This document shows positions 38,728 to 48,160 of a stretch of 64,000 nt of DNA, piece after piece. How positions within the stretch are numbered: the stretch's first letter is position 1; every line of letters begins with the position of its first letter. Both the position numbers and the translations under genes were made by a program. The notes beneath the pieces are model-generated. The model had not been told where the DNA came from, ran no database searches, and saw only the letters and a program-made list of their open reading frames with translations. The stretch comes from Parcubacteria group bacterium Gr01-1014_17 (GTDB lineage: Bacteria > Patescibacteriota > Minisyncoccia > Phycocordibacterales > UBA10002). Location: positions 11,033-75,032 of the forward strand of contig VMFZ01000001.1 of NCBI GenBank assembly GCA_007376285.1. The letters are read 5' to 3'.

Positions 38728-39591
38728 GTGTCGTCCATTACCGTAATAAAACCGCCACAATTCCCGCGTCGATTGCGCGAAATACCAGACCCGCCGGAGA
38801 AACTCTGGGTGGAGGGGCCGCTTCCACCCGAAGAATATAAATGGCTCGCCGTGGTCGGCTCGCGCCGCTATTCGCAATACGGTCGCGAAGCGTGCGAGAA
38901 ACTAATTGCTGGATTGTACGGCCACCCCGTCGTTATCGTGTCGGGCCTTGCGCTCGGGATTGACTGCATTGCGCACCGCGCCGCGCTTGAAGCAAAATTA
39001 AAATGCGTCGCGGTGCCAGGCTCCGGCATCAGCCGAAAGGTCTTGCATCCGTCGGCAAACCGACCGCTGGCGGAAAAAATACTTGAGGACGGTGGCGCGC
39101 TCCTCTCGGAATTTCCTCCAGAGTTCCGCGCGACGCTCTATAGTTTCCCACAACGAAATCGCGTGATGGCAGGGCTCTCGGATGCCGTGCTTGTCATAGA
39201 AGCCGAGAAGAAATCCGGCACGCTCATCACCGCGCGGCTTGCCTCCGAATACAACCGCGATGTGCTCACCGTACCTGGCTCCATTTTCTCCGGCGCGACG
39301 GAAGGCCCTCACCTTTTGATGCGCCTCGGCGCAACACCAGTCAGAAATGCCGATGAACTTCTCGTGGCGCTTGGGTTTAAGGCGATATCCGACTCGGAAC
39401 GAAAAAATCGCAATTATTCTGATTGTTCGCCGGAAGAAATAAAAATCCTAGAACTTTTGACTGTTCCAATGGAGCGCGACGCGCTCATTGCCGCGGCGAA
39501 ACTTCCTGTAAGCAAAACCAACGCCGTCCTCTCGCTCCTTGAAATCAAGGGTTTTATTTCCGAGGGTATGGGCGAGATTCATTTAATCTGA
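38728..39591 (+). CDS. dprA: DNA-processing protein DprA
   Basis: LAVVGSR, VSGLALGID, FPQRNR, SGTLITA. Confidence 0.95.
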   Translation: MSSITVIKPPQFPRRLREIPDPPEKLWVEGPLPPEEYKWLAVVGSRRYSQYGREACEKLIAGLYGHPVVIVSGLALGIDCIAHRAALEAKLKCVAVPGSGISRKVLHPSANRPLAEKILEDGGALLSEFPPEFRATLYSFPQRNRVMAGLSDAVLVIEAEKKSGTLITARLASEYNRDVLTVPGSIFSGATEGPHLLMRLGATPVRNADELLVALGFKAISDSERKNRNYSDCSPEEIKILELLTVPMERDALIAAAKLPVSKTNAVLSLLEIKGFISEGMGEIHLI

Positions 39592-39972
39592 TTTTTCTTT
39601 GTCTTTTCCGTTCTTGAAATCAAGCATCTGTTTTAAGAAAACCGACACCGAGCCGTTTCGAGGCGCGGTTGGCTCTTTGCCGCGGAGAAGCCGCGCCGCC
39701 TGCCGCATCTCTCGAATGCACCACTCAAAACCCCCCGTAATCGCCTCGCGCGCCGCCTCCCCCGCTTTCTTTATTGCCGGCTTTATATGAATGTGGTGCA
39801 CCTCCTTGCTCTTGCGCGCGAGCGTTTTCTTGCCACGCGAAAGGAGCTCGTCGCCGCGGCTTGAGAACGACGCGAGCGGCGTCTCCCTCCCGCCCATTTC
39901 AGAAAGCTTCAGCGCAAACAGCGCCACAAGCCCAACGATTGAAATAATGAAAATTGTAAGTGCGTGGAACAT
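39583..39972 (-). CDS. Hypothetical membrane-anchored protein
   Basis: N-terminal TM; C-terminal SVFLKQM. Confidence 0.65.
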   Translation of the reverse strand: MFHALTIFIISIVGLVALFALKLSEMGGRETPLASFSSRGDELLSRGKKTLARKSKEVHHIHIKPAIKKAGEAAREAITGGFEWCIREMRQAARLLRGKEPTAPRNGSVSVFLKQMLDFKNGKDKEKSD

Positions 39973-39988
39973 AAGTAAGTAAAACGCC

Positions 39989-40438
39989 CTACGCCGCGAA
40001 GCGCGTGAAGTCGGCGACTTCAATGCGCTCGCCGAATTTTTGTATTGCTTTTTCAATCAGACCGCGCACCGTTTCATCCGGCGTTTTGATAAACGGTTGG
40101 TCTAACAGCGCACCCTTTTCCGGATTCATTGCCGCCACATGCATCGCAATGTCGCGCGCGAGCGCTTGGAACTCGGGGTTACGCGACACGAAGTCGGTCT
40201 CGGAAGAAAGCAAAACCAAAGCGCCTACCGTTGCGCCAGGGTGGATGTAGGACGCGACCGCGCCTGCCCCGAGCGCGCGTCCTGACTTTTTCGCCGCCGC
40301 CTCCGCACCGCGCTTTTTCAAAATGAGCAACGCTTTTTCGGCATCCCCGCCCGCCTCGGTGAGCGCCTTGCGGCACTGCATTACCGATACACCCGTCTTA
40401 TCGCGCAACGCTTTGATTTGGTCAGTAGTAATTTCCAT
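39989..40438 (-). CDS. tsf: Elongation factor Ts (short form)
   Basis: IKALRDKTGVSVMQCRKAL, SETDFV. Confidence 0.95.
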   Translation of the reverse strand: MEITTDQIKALRDKTGVSVMQCRKALTEAGGDAEKALLILKKRGAEAAAKKSGRALGAGAVASYIHPGATVGALVLLSSETDFVSRNPEFQALARDIAMHVAAMNPEKGALLDQPFIKTPDETVRGLIEKAIQKFGERIEVADFTRFAA

Positions 40439-40439
40439 A

Positions 40440-41156
40440 TTAAACCTTCGCTGTCGTTATTTTCCCTTCATTATACGCCTTCACAATTTCATTCACAAAA
40501 TGCCGGATGCTCCCCATAGACGAATCATTCGCGATAATCGGATGCGCAATATCGGAAATATCGCAATCCGAACTCGCGAGCGCGACCACCGGAATTTTAA
40601 GCCGCTTCGCTTCGCTCGCGGCGGTCTTCTCTTCTTTCGGGTCAACGATAAAAAGCGCGGCGGGAAGCGCTTTCATACCCACCAACCCGCCAAATAATTC
40701 TTCCAGCTTTTCAATGTCGCGGCTAATCAAGAGCTGTTCTTTCTTTGTATATTTCGCCAAATCGCCCTGTTCACGCTTTGCCTTAAGGTCAAGAAGCATA
40801 TCCACGCGCGAGCGGATTTGCGCGAAGTTGGTCAGCGTGCCGCCGATCCAGCGCCCAGACACATTGGGCATACCTATTTCCATCGCGCCCTGCCGCACCG
40901 CGTCCGCGGCTTCGTGCTTGCCGCCGACAAAGAGGATTATTTTGCCTTCCGCACCGAGTGTTTTTACAAACACTTTCGCCGCTTCCAAGAGTTCCTTGGT
41001 TTGTTCCAAATTGATAATTTCTACGCGGTTTTTCAAGCCCAAAATATAGGACGCGGTGGAGGGGTGGCGGCGCGTCTTTGCGTAGCCGTAATGCGCTCCA
41101 ACCTTAAACAGCGCGTCAATAACTGGGTCGCTCGCTGGTTCCTTTGTCTCTGTCAT
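40440..41156 (-). CDS. rpsB: 30S ribosomal protein S2
   Basis: GAHYG, RWIGGTLTNF; adjacent to tsf. Confidence 0.96.
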   Translation of the reverse strand: MTETKEPASDPVIDALFKVGAHYGYAKTRRHPSTASYILGLKNRVEIINLEQTKELLEAAKVFVKTLGAEGKIILFVGGKHEAADAVRQGAMEIGMPNVSGRWIGGTLTNFAQIRSRVDMLLDLKAKREQGDLAKYTKKEQLLISRDIEKLEELFGGLVGMKALPAALFIVDPKEEKTAASEAKRLKIPVVALASSDCDISDIAHPIIANDSSMGSIRHFVNEIVKAYNEGKITTAKV

Positions 41157-41178
41157 AAAATAAAGTGTAACAAGTTTT

Positions 41179-42144
41179 TTACGAGGAAGCAACCGCTTCT
41201 TTTTCCGCCTGTTCCAACGCTTCAACAATCTCCTCAAGGCCGCCGGCTAAAATGGCGGGAATATTGTGCCATGATTCCTTGATACGGTGGTCGGTAATGC
41301 GATCTTGCAGAATGTTGTAGGTGCGGATTTTCTCGCTCCGGTCGCCGGTGCCGATTTGCGCGCGCCGCGTATCGGCGCTTTTCTTCGCCGCCGCCTCAAT
41401 GGAAAGAACTTCAAGTTTTGCGGAGAGAATCTGGAGCGCTTTCTCGCGATTACGGCTCTGGCTGCGCTCCGCGGTAGAGCGCACCACGAGGCCTGTCGGC
41501 TTATGGAAAATTCGCACTGCGGTCTCTACTTTGTTTACATTCTGCCCGCCCTTCCCGCCGGCGCGCGAAAACTCCACTTCAAGGTCGGCAGGGTTCACCT
41601 CAAAGCGCGTCCCCGAGCGGATGGGCATAATCGCGACGGAAGCGGTTGAAGTATGCACGCGACCCATCTTTTCCGTCTCGGGCACGCGTTGGATGCGGTG
41701 CACGCCGGTTTCAAACCGCAGAAGTTTGTAACAACCCTTCCCTTTAATTTCAAACGACGCTTCTTTGTACCCGCCGATGCCGTTTTCGGAAATATCAACT
41801 GCCGACCACGACCATCCGCGATGCTCCGCAAACGCGTGGTACATATCGGAAATCTCGCGCGCAAAAAGCGCTGCTTCATCGCCACCAACCCCTGCGCGCA
41901 CTTCCAAAATAAGTTCGTTCGGAAACGCCTCTTCCTCTTTCGCCGCTTCCGCAACACCATGCATCTGTGCTAAGAGCGCCGCTTTTTGTTCAACAAACGA
42001 TGCGAGTTCTTTGTCAGCCATTTCTTTCATTGCAGAGTCGCGCTCCGTGAGCGCGCGTAATTCCGTTTCCTCTTTTTCAATTCGCTCAAACGACTGCGCA
42101 AGATGCGCTGTCCGCGGATTTTTTTTGTACACGCTCAAATCCAT
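41179..42144 (-). CDS. prfA: Peptide chain release factor 1
   Basis: GGQ motif; PET (PxT) specificity motif; RTYN. Confidence 0.93.
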   Translation of the reverse strand: MDLSVYKKNPRTAHLAQSFERIEKEETELRALTERDSAMKEMADKELASFVEQKAALLAQMHGVAEAAKEEEAFPNELILEVRAGVGGDEAALFAREISDMYHAFAEHRGWSWSAVDISENGIGGYKEASFEIKGKGCYKLLRFETGVHRIQRVPETEKMGRVHTSTASVAIMPIRSGTRFEVNPADLEVEFSRAGGKGGQNVNKVETAVRIFHKPTGLVVRSTAERSQSRNREKALQILSAKLEVLSIEAAAKKSADTRRAQIGTGDRSEKIRTYNILQDRITDHRIKESWHNIPAILAGGLEEIVEALEQAEKEAVASS

Positions 42145-42404
42145 TTACTTTTTCCGCCTCCTCGGCGGGTCGCCTTTGAGGCGATTTTGCGCGGCTTTGC
42201 GGCGGTTTTCGCCATTTTTGTCTTAAAGCGCTCCACGCGGCCCGCCGTGTCTACAATCTTTTCGGCACCCGTATAGAATGGGTGGCAGTTGCCGCAAATT
42301 TCAACTTGTAATTCCGGCTGTGTTGAGCCCACAGCAAAAACCGCGCCGCAGGCGCACGAAACCTTCGCTGACGGATAGTATTTTGGGTGGATTTCTTTTT
42401 TCAC
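42135..42404 (-). CDS. rpmE: 50S ribosomal protein L31
   Basis: [28 protein letters not shown]; GTG start; family B hairpin in 3' end. Confidence 0.93.
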   Translation of the reverse strand: MKKEIHPKYYPSAKVSCACGAVFAVGSTQPELQVEICGNCHPFYTGAEKIVDTAGRVERFKTKMAKTAAKPRKIASKATRRGGGKSKWI

Positions 42405-42497
42405 GAATAAAATCATAGCAGAAACGCCCAAAAACAGCAAACCAAGCAAAAAGAAAAGGTTTGCCGTCTTGCGACAGCAAACCTTTTGTGAGCCAAC

Positions 42498-43130
42498 CTA
42501 GTTGGCGGCGATGTACTCCATAATTTCGTCCTTTTTCTCCTGCGGAATCTTCTTCTCGCGAACGAAAAAGTCCAGCATTTCGCCAAGCCGCGCTACTGCG
42601 CAAACCTTTCGACCTGTGCGGTTGAGTTCCTCAAGCCCACCCTGCTCGCGGTCGTACAACACTAGTGTGCCTACTACCTCAAGCCCATTTTCCTCAACCG
42701 ACTGAATTGCCTCCCGTTTGGTGTCCGCCTTGGTAATCAAGTCATCAACCAACACAACTTTCTTTCCTTTTTCAAACTGGTCCAGAATGTTGGAGGTGAT
42801 TTTGCGCCCGTCTTGCCCTTCAATCTTCTCGATCCGAAGTAGTGGTTTATTGACGGCTTTTGCAAACGCGCGTCCGATCGGCTCGCCGGCTTTCGGAATC
42901 CCGATGACATAGTCAAAATCGGGAATATTTTCCAGAACAACCAAGTCGTGGAGTATGTCACCAGCAAGGGTATATACCCACTCCGGCAACTCCCGAATAT
43001 TGAGGTATATCGGCGACAAGGGAGCGTCAGGATTTTTCTCGTGAAGTTTCAGCTTGAATGCCCCAAACTTGATTTTTCTAAGATCAAATAAACTCGCGTG
43101 GAAATGTTCTATTTTGTTTTTTGTTTTCAT
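42498..43130 (-). CDS. pyrE: Orotate phosphoribosyltransferase-like protein
   Basis: IKFGAFKLK...SPIYLNIR, VLVDDLIT, DREQGG; ORF-track upstream extension is spurious. Confidence 0.82.
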   Translation of the reverse strand: MKTKNKIEHFHASLFDLRKIKFGAFKLKLHEKNPDAPLSPIYLNIRELPEWVYTLAGDILHDLVVLENIPDFDYVIGIPKAGEPIGRAFAKAVNKPLLRIEKIEGQDGRKITSNILDQFEKGKKVVLVDDLITKADTKREAIQSVEENGLEVVGTLVLYDREQGGLEELNRTGRKVCAVARLGEMLDFFVREKKIPQEKKDEIMEYIAAN

Positions 43131-43226
43131 TATCAATCTCCATTTTCTATATCTATGAAGGATACTACTGTCGCATAAGAAAAAAGCAAGTTTTCCAATC
43201 GCCAAACCCATGCGATACTGTTTAAT

Positions 43227-44897
43227 ATGAAATCCCTTTCCAACGCGCGGATTGCGGAACTGCTTGGTGAAACGGCGGCGCTGTATGAAATAGAAAACGA
43301 GCCGTTTAAGCCGCGCGCCTACGAGCGCGCGGCGCTTGCGATTGAAGCGCGCGAGGAGCCGCTCTACGAAACAATGGCGCGCGGCGGACCTAAAGCGCTT
43401 CAAGAAATCCCCGGCATCGGGGCAGGCATTGCGGCACACCTTGCGGAGCTCCTCGCGCGCGGCACCTTTGCGGAATACGAACGGCTCAAAAAAAAGACGC
43501 CAGTTGCCGTTGGCGAACTTGTTGCCGTGGAAGGCATCGGACCGAAAACCGTTAAAACGCTTTGGGAGAAATTGAAAATAAAAAATCTGGACGAACTGGA
43601 GGCAGCGGCGCGCGGAGGCAAGCTCCGCGCGCTCGCGGGCTTCGGGGAAAAAAGCGAGGAAAAAATCCTCAAAGGTATTGCGTTCCGGCGCACCGTTGGC
43701 GGGAGAATGATTTTGGGCGCAGTGCTTCCAGTGGCGCATGCGTTAGAAAATAAACTTCGCGCATTCCAAGAAGTAAAAAACGCGATTGTCGCGGGCTCCA
43801 TCCGCAGGATGAAAGAAACCGTGGGTGATATTGACTTACTCGTCGTATCAGAAAAACCAGAAGAGACAATGAAAAAAATTGCGGGGCTTCCCGAAATAGA
43901 GCATGTCAATGTGCACATCGTCCAGCCAGAGTCGTGGGGCGCAGCGCTTAATTATTTTACTGGTTCAAAAGCGCATAACATCGCACTTCGCGAGATTGCG
44001 ATTAAAAAAGGGTGGGAATTAAATGAGTATGGATTACTTAAAACAGAAAAAGAACTTTATGAAAAACTTGGGCTTAAATACATTGAACCGGAATTACGCG
44101 AAATGACTGGGGAAATTGAGGCAAGTAAGAATGGGAAACTCCCACATCTTGTCGGTTACAACGACTTAAAAGGCGACCTACAGGCGCACTCAACTTGGAC
44201 TGACGGCACGCGTTCTATTGAAGAAATGGCGCGTGCCGCGGCAGAGCTTGGCTTGGAATACATTGCAATGACCGACCACACGCAAGGGCTTGCGATGACC
44301 GGCGGAATGAACGAAAAAGAATTTGCGGAACAAGCGAAGGAAATTGACGCGCTTAATGATAGATTCAAGAAACAAGAAACACGATTCAAGATACTAAAGA
44401 GCGCGGAAGTTAATATAAAAAAAGACGGCTCGCTTGACCTTGCGGACGAAGCGCTCGCGCAAATGGACTTTGCCGGCGCGTCCGTGCACAGCCACTTTGA
44501 ACTTTCGGTTAAAGAACAGACGAAACGGCTTATTAAGGCGATTGAACATCCGCTTATTGACATCATCTTCCACCCAACAGCGCGCCTCTTAAACAAGCGG
44601 CCTGGAATTTCTGCGGATTGGAGCGAGGTGATTGCCGCGGCAAAAGAAAACGTCACCGCGCTTGAGATTGACGCAGCGCCGGAGCGCCTTGACCTGCACG
44701 ACGAGCTCATACGGCAGTGCGTAAACGCGGGAGTGATGCTCTCTATTGGATCTGACGCTCACTCGCCCGATGGGTTTAGGGCGCTCAAACTCGGCATTGC
44801 GCAAGCCCGCCGCGGCTGGGCGGAAAAGAAAAATATCGTGAATGTGCTACCGGTAGAGAAGATGCTTAAAATGCTAAAGAGGAATCGAGAAAAATAA
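43227..44897 (+). CDS. polX: Family X DNA polymerase-PHP protein
   Basis: FKPRAYERAA, HhH motifs, GSIRRMKETVGDID, YFTGSKAHN, PHP TDH/HP/SDAH. Confidence 0.92.
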   Translation: MKSLSNARIAELLGETAALYEIENEPFKPRAYERAALAIEAREEPLYETMARGGPKALQEIPGIGAGIAAHLAELLARGTFAEYERLKKKTPVAVGELVAVEGIGPKTVKTLWEKLKIKNLDELEAAARGGKLRALAGFGEKSEEKILKGIAFRRTVGGRMILGAVLPVAHALENKLRAFQEVKNAIVAGSIRRMKETVGDIDLLVVSEKPEETMKKIAGLPEIEHVNVHIVQPESWGAALNYFTGSKAHNIALREIAIKKGWELNEYGLLKTEKELYEKLGLKYIEPELREMTGEIEASKNGKLPHLVGYNDLKGDLQAHSTWTDGTRSIEEMARAAAELGLEYIAMTDHTQGLAMTGGMNEKEFAEQAKEIDALNDRFKKQETRFKILKSAEVNIKKDGSLDLADEALAQMDFAGASVHSHFELSVKEQTKRLIKAIEHPLIDIIFHPTARLLNKRPGISADWSEVIAAAKENVTALEIDAAPERLDLHDELIRQCVNAGVMLSIGSDAHSPDGFRALKLGIAQARRGWAEKKNIVNVLPVEKMLKMLKRNREK

Positions 44898-44898
44898 A

Positions 44899-45000
44899 TC
44901 ACCCCCTCACCCTACCCTCTCCCCCTTATGAAAAGGGCGAGAGGGGTTTTTCTTTTTTTACCCTGCCCTTAACCTAAGGGGAGGGAAAGGAAGGGGTGTA
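44899..45000. repeat. C-rich/G-rich double-hairpin intergenic element
   Basis: ccccctcaccctaccctctccccc...gggcgagagggg...ggggagggaaaggaaggggtg; similar style at 23161-23220, 52913-52972, 59711-59762. Confidence 0.6.
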
Positions 45001-45339
45001 TTATACGGCAACCCGCCGCACATTGAACAAGCGCGAGACGCGCGTTAAGTCGCGCACGGCAAACACGGAGAGAACTGCGAGCGCGAGTGAGAGCGCTTGA
45101 ACAGTGAGTTCGGTATTAAGAAACGCTGAGAGCACAAATTTGCCGAATGCCGCAAACTCTGCCGGAGACGGCATATTGCCGAACACATTTTGCACCGACA
45201 CAAACGCAGTCGCGACAAGCGCGAGCGCCGCGACCGAGCCCATTTTCAAAAGAAACGGCTTCACCACTTTACGCAAAAAGAAGACCACATACACGCGCCG
45301 CATCACATCGCGCCTTACTGATTGAATATATTCAGCCAT
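45001..45339 (-). CDS. Two-TM membrane protein, possible anti-sigma factor
   Basis: Directly downstream of ECF sigma; hydrophobic segments. Confidence 0.65.
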   Translation of the reverse strand: MAEYIQSVRRDVMRRVYVVFFLRKVVKPFLLKMGSVAALALVATAFVSVQNVFGNMPSPAEFAAFGKFVLSAFLNTELTVQALSLALAVLSVFAVRDLTRVSRLFNVRRVAV

Positions 45340-45341
45340 AG

Positions 45342-45814
45342 TTATTGTGAAATAAGTATTTTCTTCATTGCCTGCTTGGCGCGGTGCACCCGCGCCCGCA
45401 CCGCCCCCTCTGAAATCCCCACTGCGCGGGCGACTTCACGCTGAGGCTTGCCTTCAAGAAAATGCAACTCCACAACCCGTACCAATGTTACGGGCAATTT
45501 GGACATAAGCGAAACAATTGTGTCTCTGTCAAAGCGCGCTTCGCGCTCTATTTCTGCGCCTGCGTCGCGCACGAGCTCCATCAATTCCGGGTCTAGAAGC
45601 GAATTAAACTCTCTATCACGCTTTCCTTTTTTCCACGCGGTAAAACAGAGGTTCACGAGCACCTTGTACATCCACGACTTGACGGACGCGCCCGGCATCG
45701 GCTGGTAGCGCGCCGCGTTCAAGTAGATTTTTACAAACGCATCTTGCACTACATCGAGCGCTTTTTCGTCGTCTTTCAGAATATAGCGCGCCTTGCGACA
45801 TCATCTAAAAACAT
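45342..45814 (-). pseudogene. ECF sigma factor with 5' deletion/frameshift
   Basis: DVVQDAFVKIY, SWMYKVLVN, EVARAVGISEGAVRARVHRAK; ATG MFLDDVA at 45814 is out of frame. Confidence 0.75.
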
Positions 45815-45885
45815 AATGGGGTTTATAATAACACAAAATCTGTTTTTCCAAAAGAAAACCCACCCTCGACTACTGTCGGGGTGGG

Positions 45886-46160
45886 TCATGCGGATTCGTC
45901 TTCGGATTCAGAAGGTTCGGGAGGAGGCGTCCCATTATTGTTGTTGAGAACCGCCTCCAAATACCCGACGACCGTGGACACTTTAATCCCGTGCCGCGGT
46001 TGCCGGCGATTCCATTCAAGAGATAACCAAGAATCAGAACAGCATCTGAATGCCTCAGTTCCGTATCGCTGTTGGCGATACCCGGAACCCACTTTCCTAT
46101 ATCTATCATCGCAGACATCACCTGCATCCGAATCCATCCGCGCGTGTATTTAGGTGTCAT
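45886..46160 (-). pseudogene. Orphan gene, possibly frameshifted
   Basis: Promoter and SD AAAGGAG before ATG 46160; terminator abuts the stop of a different frame at 45886. Confidence 0.4.
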
Positions 46161-46338
46161 AAGACACTCCTTTCTTTTTGCGTATTTTTGATGTTTTTCA
46201 ACACAAAAACAATTCTGCCCGTACCCTATATCTAACCCATAAAAATGTCAACTATCCACATCTACCCTTGCGCGCCAATGAACAAACCATGCGATAATAG
46301 TGATGTCGCTTTTTTTATAAATAACTCTCATTACGCGT

Positions 46339-46512
46339 ATGTTTGAACAAGGACACAAAGGGCATTTGAGCATTATTCCCCTCTTAATGCTCCTCTTCGC
46401 GCTTGTATTTCTCTTTGATGCGCTTGGTTACATCTCGCCTGACACGACGGCGGTCGTCTGGCCGGTGATTGTGGGCGTGGCGGCAATCCTCAAGTTGGTT
46501 GGGGGAAGATAA
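46339..46512 (+). CDS. 57-aa two-TM membrane protein (not in ORF track)
   Basis: MFEQGHKGHLSIIPLLMLLFALVFLFDALGYISPDTTAVVWPVIVGVAAILKLVGGR. Confidence 0.7.
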   Translation: MFEQGHKGHLSIIPLLMLLFALVFLFDALGYISPDTTAVVWPVIVGVAAILKLVGGR

Positions 46513-46522
46513 GCAAAAAGTG

Positions 46523-46569
46523 AAAAACCTCCCCGATGTTGATAGGCGGCAAACATCGGGGAGGTTTTT
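46523..46569. repeat. Family A palindrome (inverted), flanked by A/T runs and terminator-like
   Basis: aaaaacctccccgatgttgataggcggcaaacatcggggaggttttt. Confidence 0.85.
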
Positions 46570-46592
46570 TCTTGGGCTAGAAAAAGGCGCGC

Positions 46593-46655
46593 TTGACTCC
46601 AAGCGCGCTTTGTGCTATGTTTCTACACAGAAAGTCAGCGTTGGTTCGTTGACAA
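46593..46655 (+). promoter_or_regulatory. SPFH-1 promoter/leader motif
   Basis: TTGACT-17-TATGTT, ACACAGA, GTTCGTTGACAA. Confidence 0.7.
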
Positions 46656-46713
46656 AAAAACAGTCGCCTCATCGGCGGGTCGCCGAAGAGGCGACAACAG
46701 AAAGGTGTAGAGT

Positions 46714-48003
46714 ATGTTTCCTATTATTGTGCTCCTCGCGGAGCTTGCATTTCTCGTTATTGCAACGCTTTTGCAGGGTATCCTTGCAGGTGTCGCAATG
46801 CTATTCGCCATCGGTCTTACCATCGTCTTCTTCTACTACGCCGCCAAGAACAAACAACAGGCGTCGTTTGTAAAGCAAGGCACGATCGAGTTTGTGGTTG
46901 CGGGTGAGACGCTTATCGATGTTTTGGAAAACATTGATGGTTGGCACTACCAAAAAAAGTCCGGCTGGTTCCCTTATCAAAAAAGAACAGGAAGAATGAA
47001 CCCTGATGGCACGCCGGAATTAATAGACGCATGGATAAAAGTTGAAGACGGCATAGTGCCAGACCAAAAAGGACCAACCACAACTCCGCCAACGAAGCCA
47101 AACGGAAAAAGTAGGGGTTCATTCCTTAAACGCAAATTCGGATTCTTCTGGGTAAGCGCTCTGTATCCGCTACGAAGGATTTACATCTTTCCTGTTACAC
47201 ATTTGCGACTGAAATCCGAAACTGCAATACCGCAAGACGCTAAACTGGAGGAATGGCTAGAAAGTTCTGTAAAAGACGCAAACGGTCAAACAATGAACAG
47301 CGACACCACTGAAGAAAAATTCCTCCTATGGAGGTTCCCGCGCCCCGTACTCGTTCGGAATGTGAAGTTCACCGACTTATTTGAAGTGAATATCCTCATT
47401 CTCGCCTATTTCCAGATCGTCAGCACGCGGCCGCTTGTGTTTGAGTACCGGGAAAAGTTCTTCCTGTTGCTCGAAAAAGCACTGCAGGCTGCGGCCATTG
47501 ACTATCTGCGAAAAAAAGAATACCAAAAATTCATCACTTCGGGCACGACTGGACATCAATCAGAGTTTTTCTGGGACGCCTTGGAAAAAATCAACTGGGT
47601 GGGAACTACCGCTGAATCAGGACGCGGGTTGGTCAAAGAGTTCGGCGTGTACTTGCAGAATGCCTGGGTTGTGCAAATTGAACTATCCAGACAAGACGAC
47701 AAAGCAAGAACCGCACTTAAGGCGCAAGAAATCGCGCGGTTAGAAGGAGAAGCGACGAAAACTACGGCAAAGGCGCAAGCAGAGGCAATTAAAACTGTTG
47801 CCGAAGCAGATGCTGAAGCACTTGAAAAACAAAAGACCGCTTCAAGCGAAGCGATACTCATTGCTAAATTACGCAAGGAGGCACTCTTGGGTACTAAACT
47901 CAGTACGCTTGTGGAAGGAGGAGGGAGCAGTAGAGTTACGGTGTCAACACCACCGCCTCCAACACCTCCACCACCTCCGACACCACCTACATCATCACCA
48001 TAG
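46714..48003 (+). CDS. Divergent SPFH (band 7/prohibitin)-like membrane protein with Pro-rich tail
   Basis: N-terminal TMs, AE-rich coiled coil (AKAQAEAIKTVAEADAEAL). Confidence 0.65.
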   Translation: MFPIIVLLAELAFLVIATLLQGILAGVAMLFAIGLTIVFFYYAAKNKQQASFVKQGTIEFVVAGETLIDVLENIDGWHYQKKSGWFPYQKRTGRMNPDGTPELIDAWIKVEDGIVPDQKGPTTTPPTKPNGKSRGSFLKRKFGFFWVSALYPLRRIYIFPVTHLRLKSETAIPQDAKLEEWLESSVKDANGQTMNSDTTEEKFLLWRFPRPVLVRNVKFTDLFEVNILILAYFQIVSTRPLVFEYREKFFLLLEKALQAAAIDYLRKKEYQKFITSGTTGHQSEFFWDALEKINWVGTTAESGRGLVKEFGVYLQNAWVVQIELSRQDDKARTALKAQEIARLEGEATKTTAKAQAEAIKTVAEADAEALEKQKTASSEAILIAKLRKEALLGTKLSTLVEGGGSSRVTVSTPPPPTPPPPPTPPTSSP

Positions 48004-48064
48004 ACGGAGAATTGCGGAATTGTTCTTTAGAAACACACAACCAACCGGCGCTCCAAAGCGTCGG

Positions 48065-48126
48065 TTGACTTTTTATTACAGCTATGCTATATTTCCACAC
48101 AGAAAATCAAGGATGAACCTTGACAA
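48065..48126 (+). promoter_or_regulatory. SPFH-2 promoter/leader motif
   Basis: TTGACT-17-TATATT, ACACAGA, GAACCTTGACAA. Confidence 0.7.
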
Positions 48127-48160
48127 TAAAAACGCAGAGAAACTTGAAAGGAATTGAGGT

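Noticed and set aside
39989-40438. Short EF-Ts as a pseudogene
   Set aside because: Frame and motifs are intact, and short EF-Ts forms are known in this group.
42498-43739. 413-aa ORF as a fusion protein
   Set aside because: The N-terminal half is antisense to polX; the real gene starts at 43130.
47951-48000. CCA/CCT-rich low-complexity tract
   Set aside because: It simply encodes the Pro/Thr tail of the SPFH-like protein.
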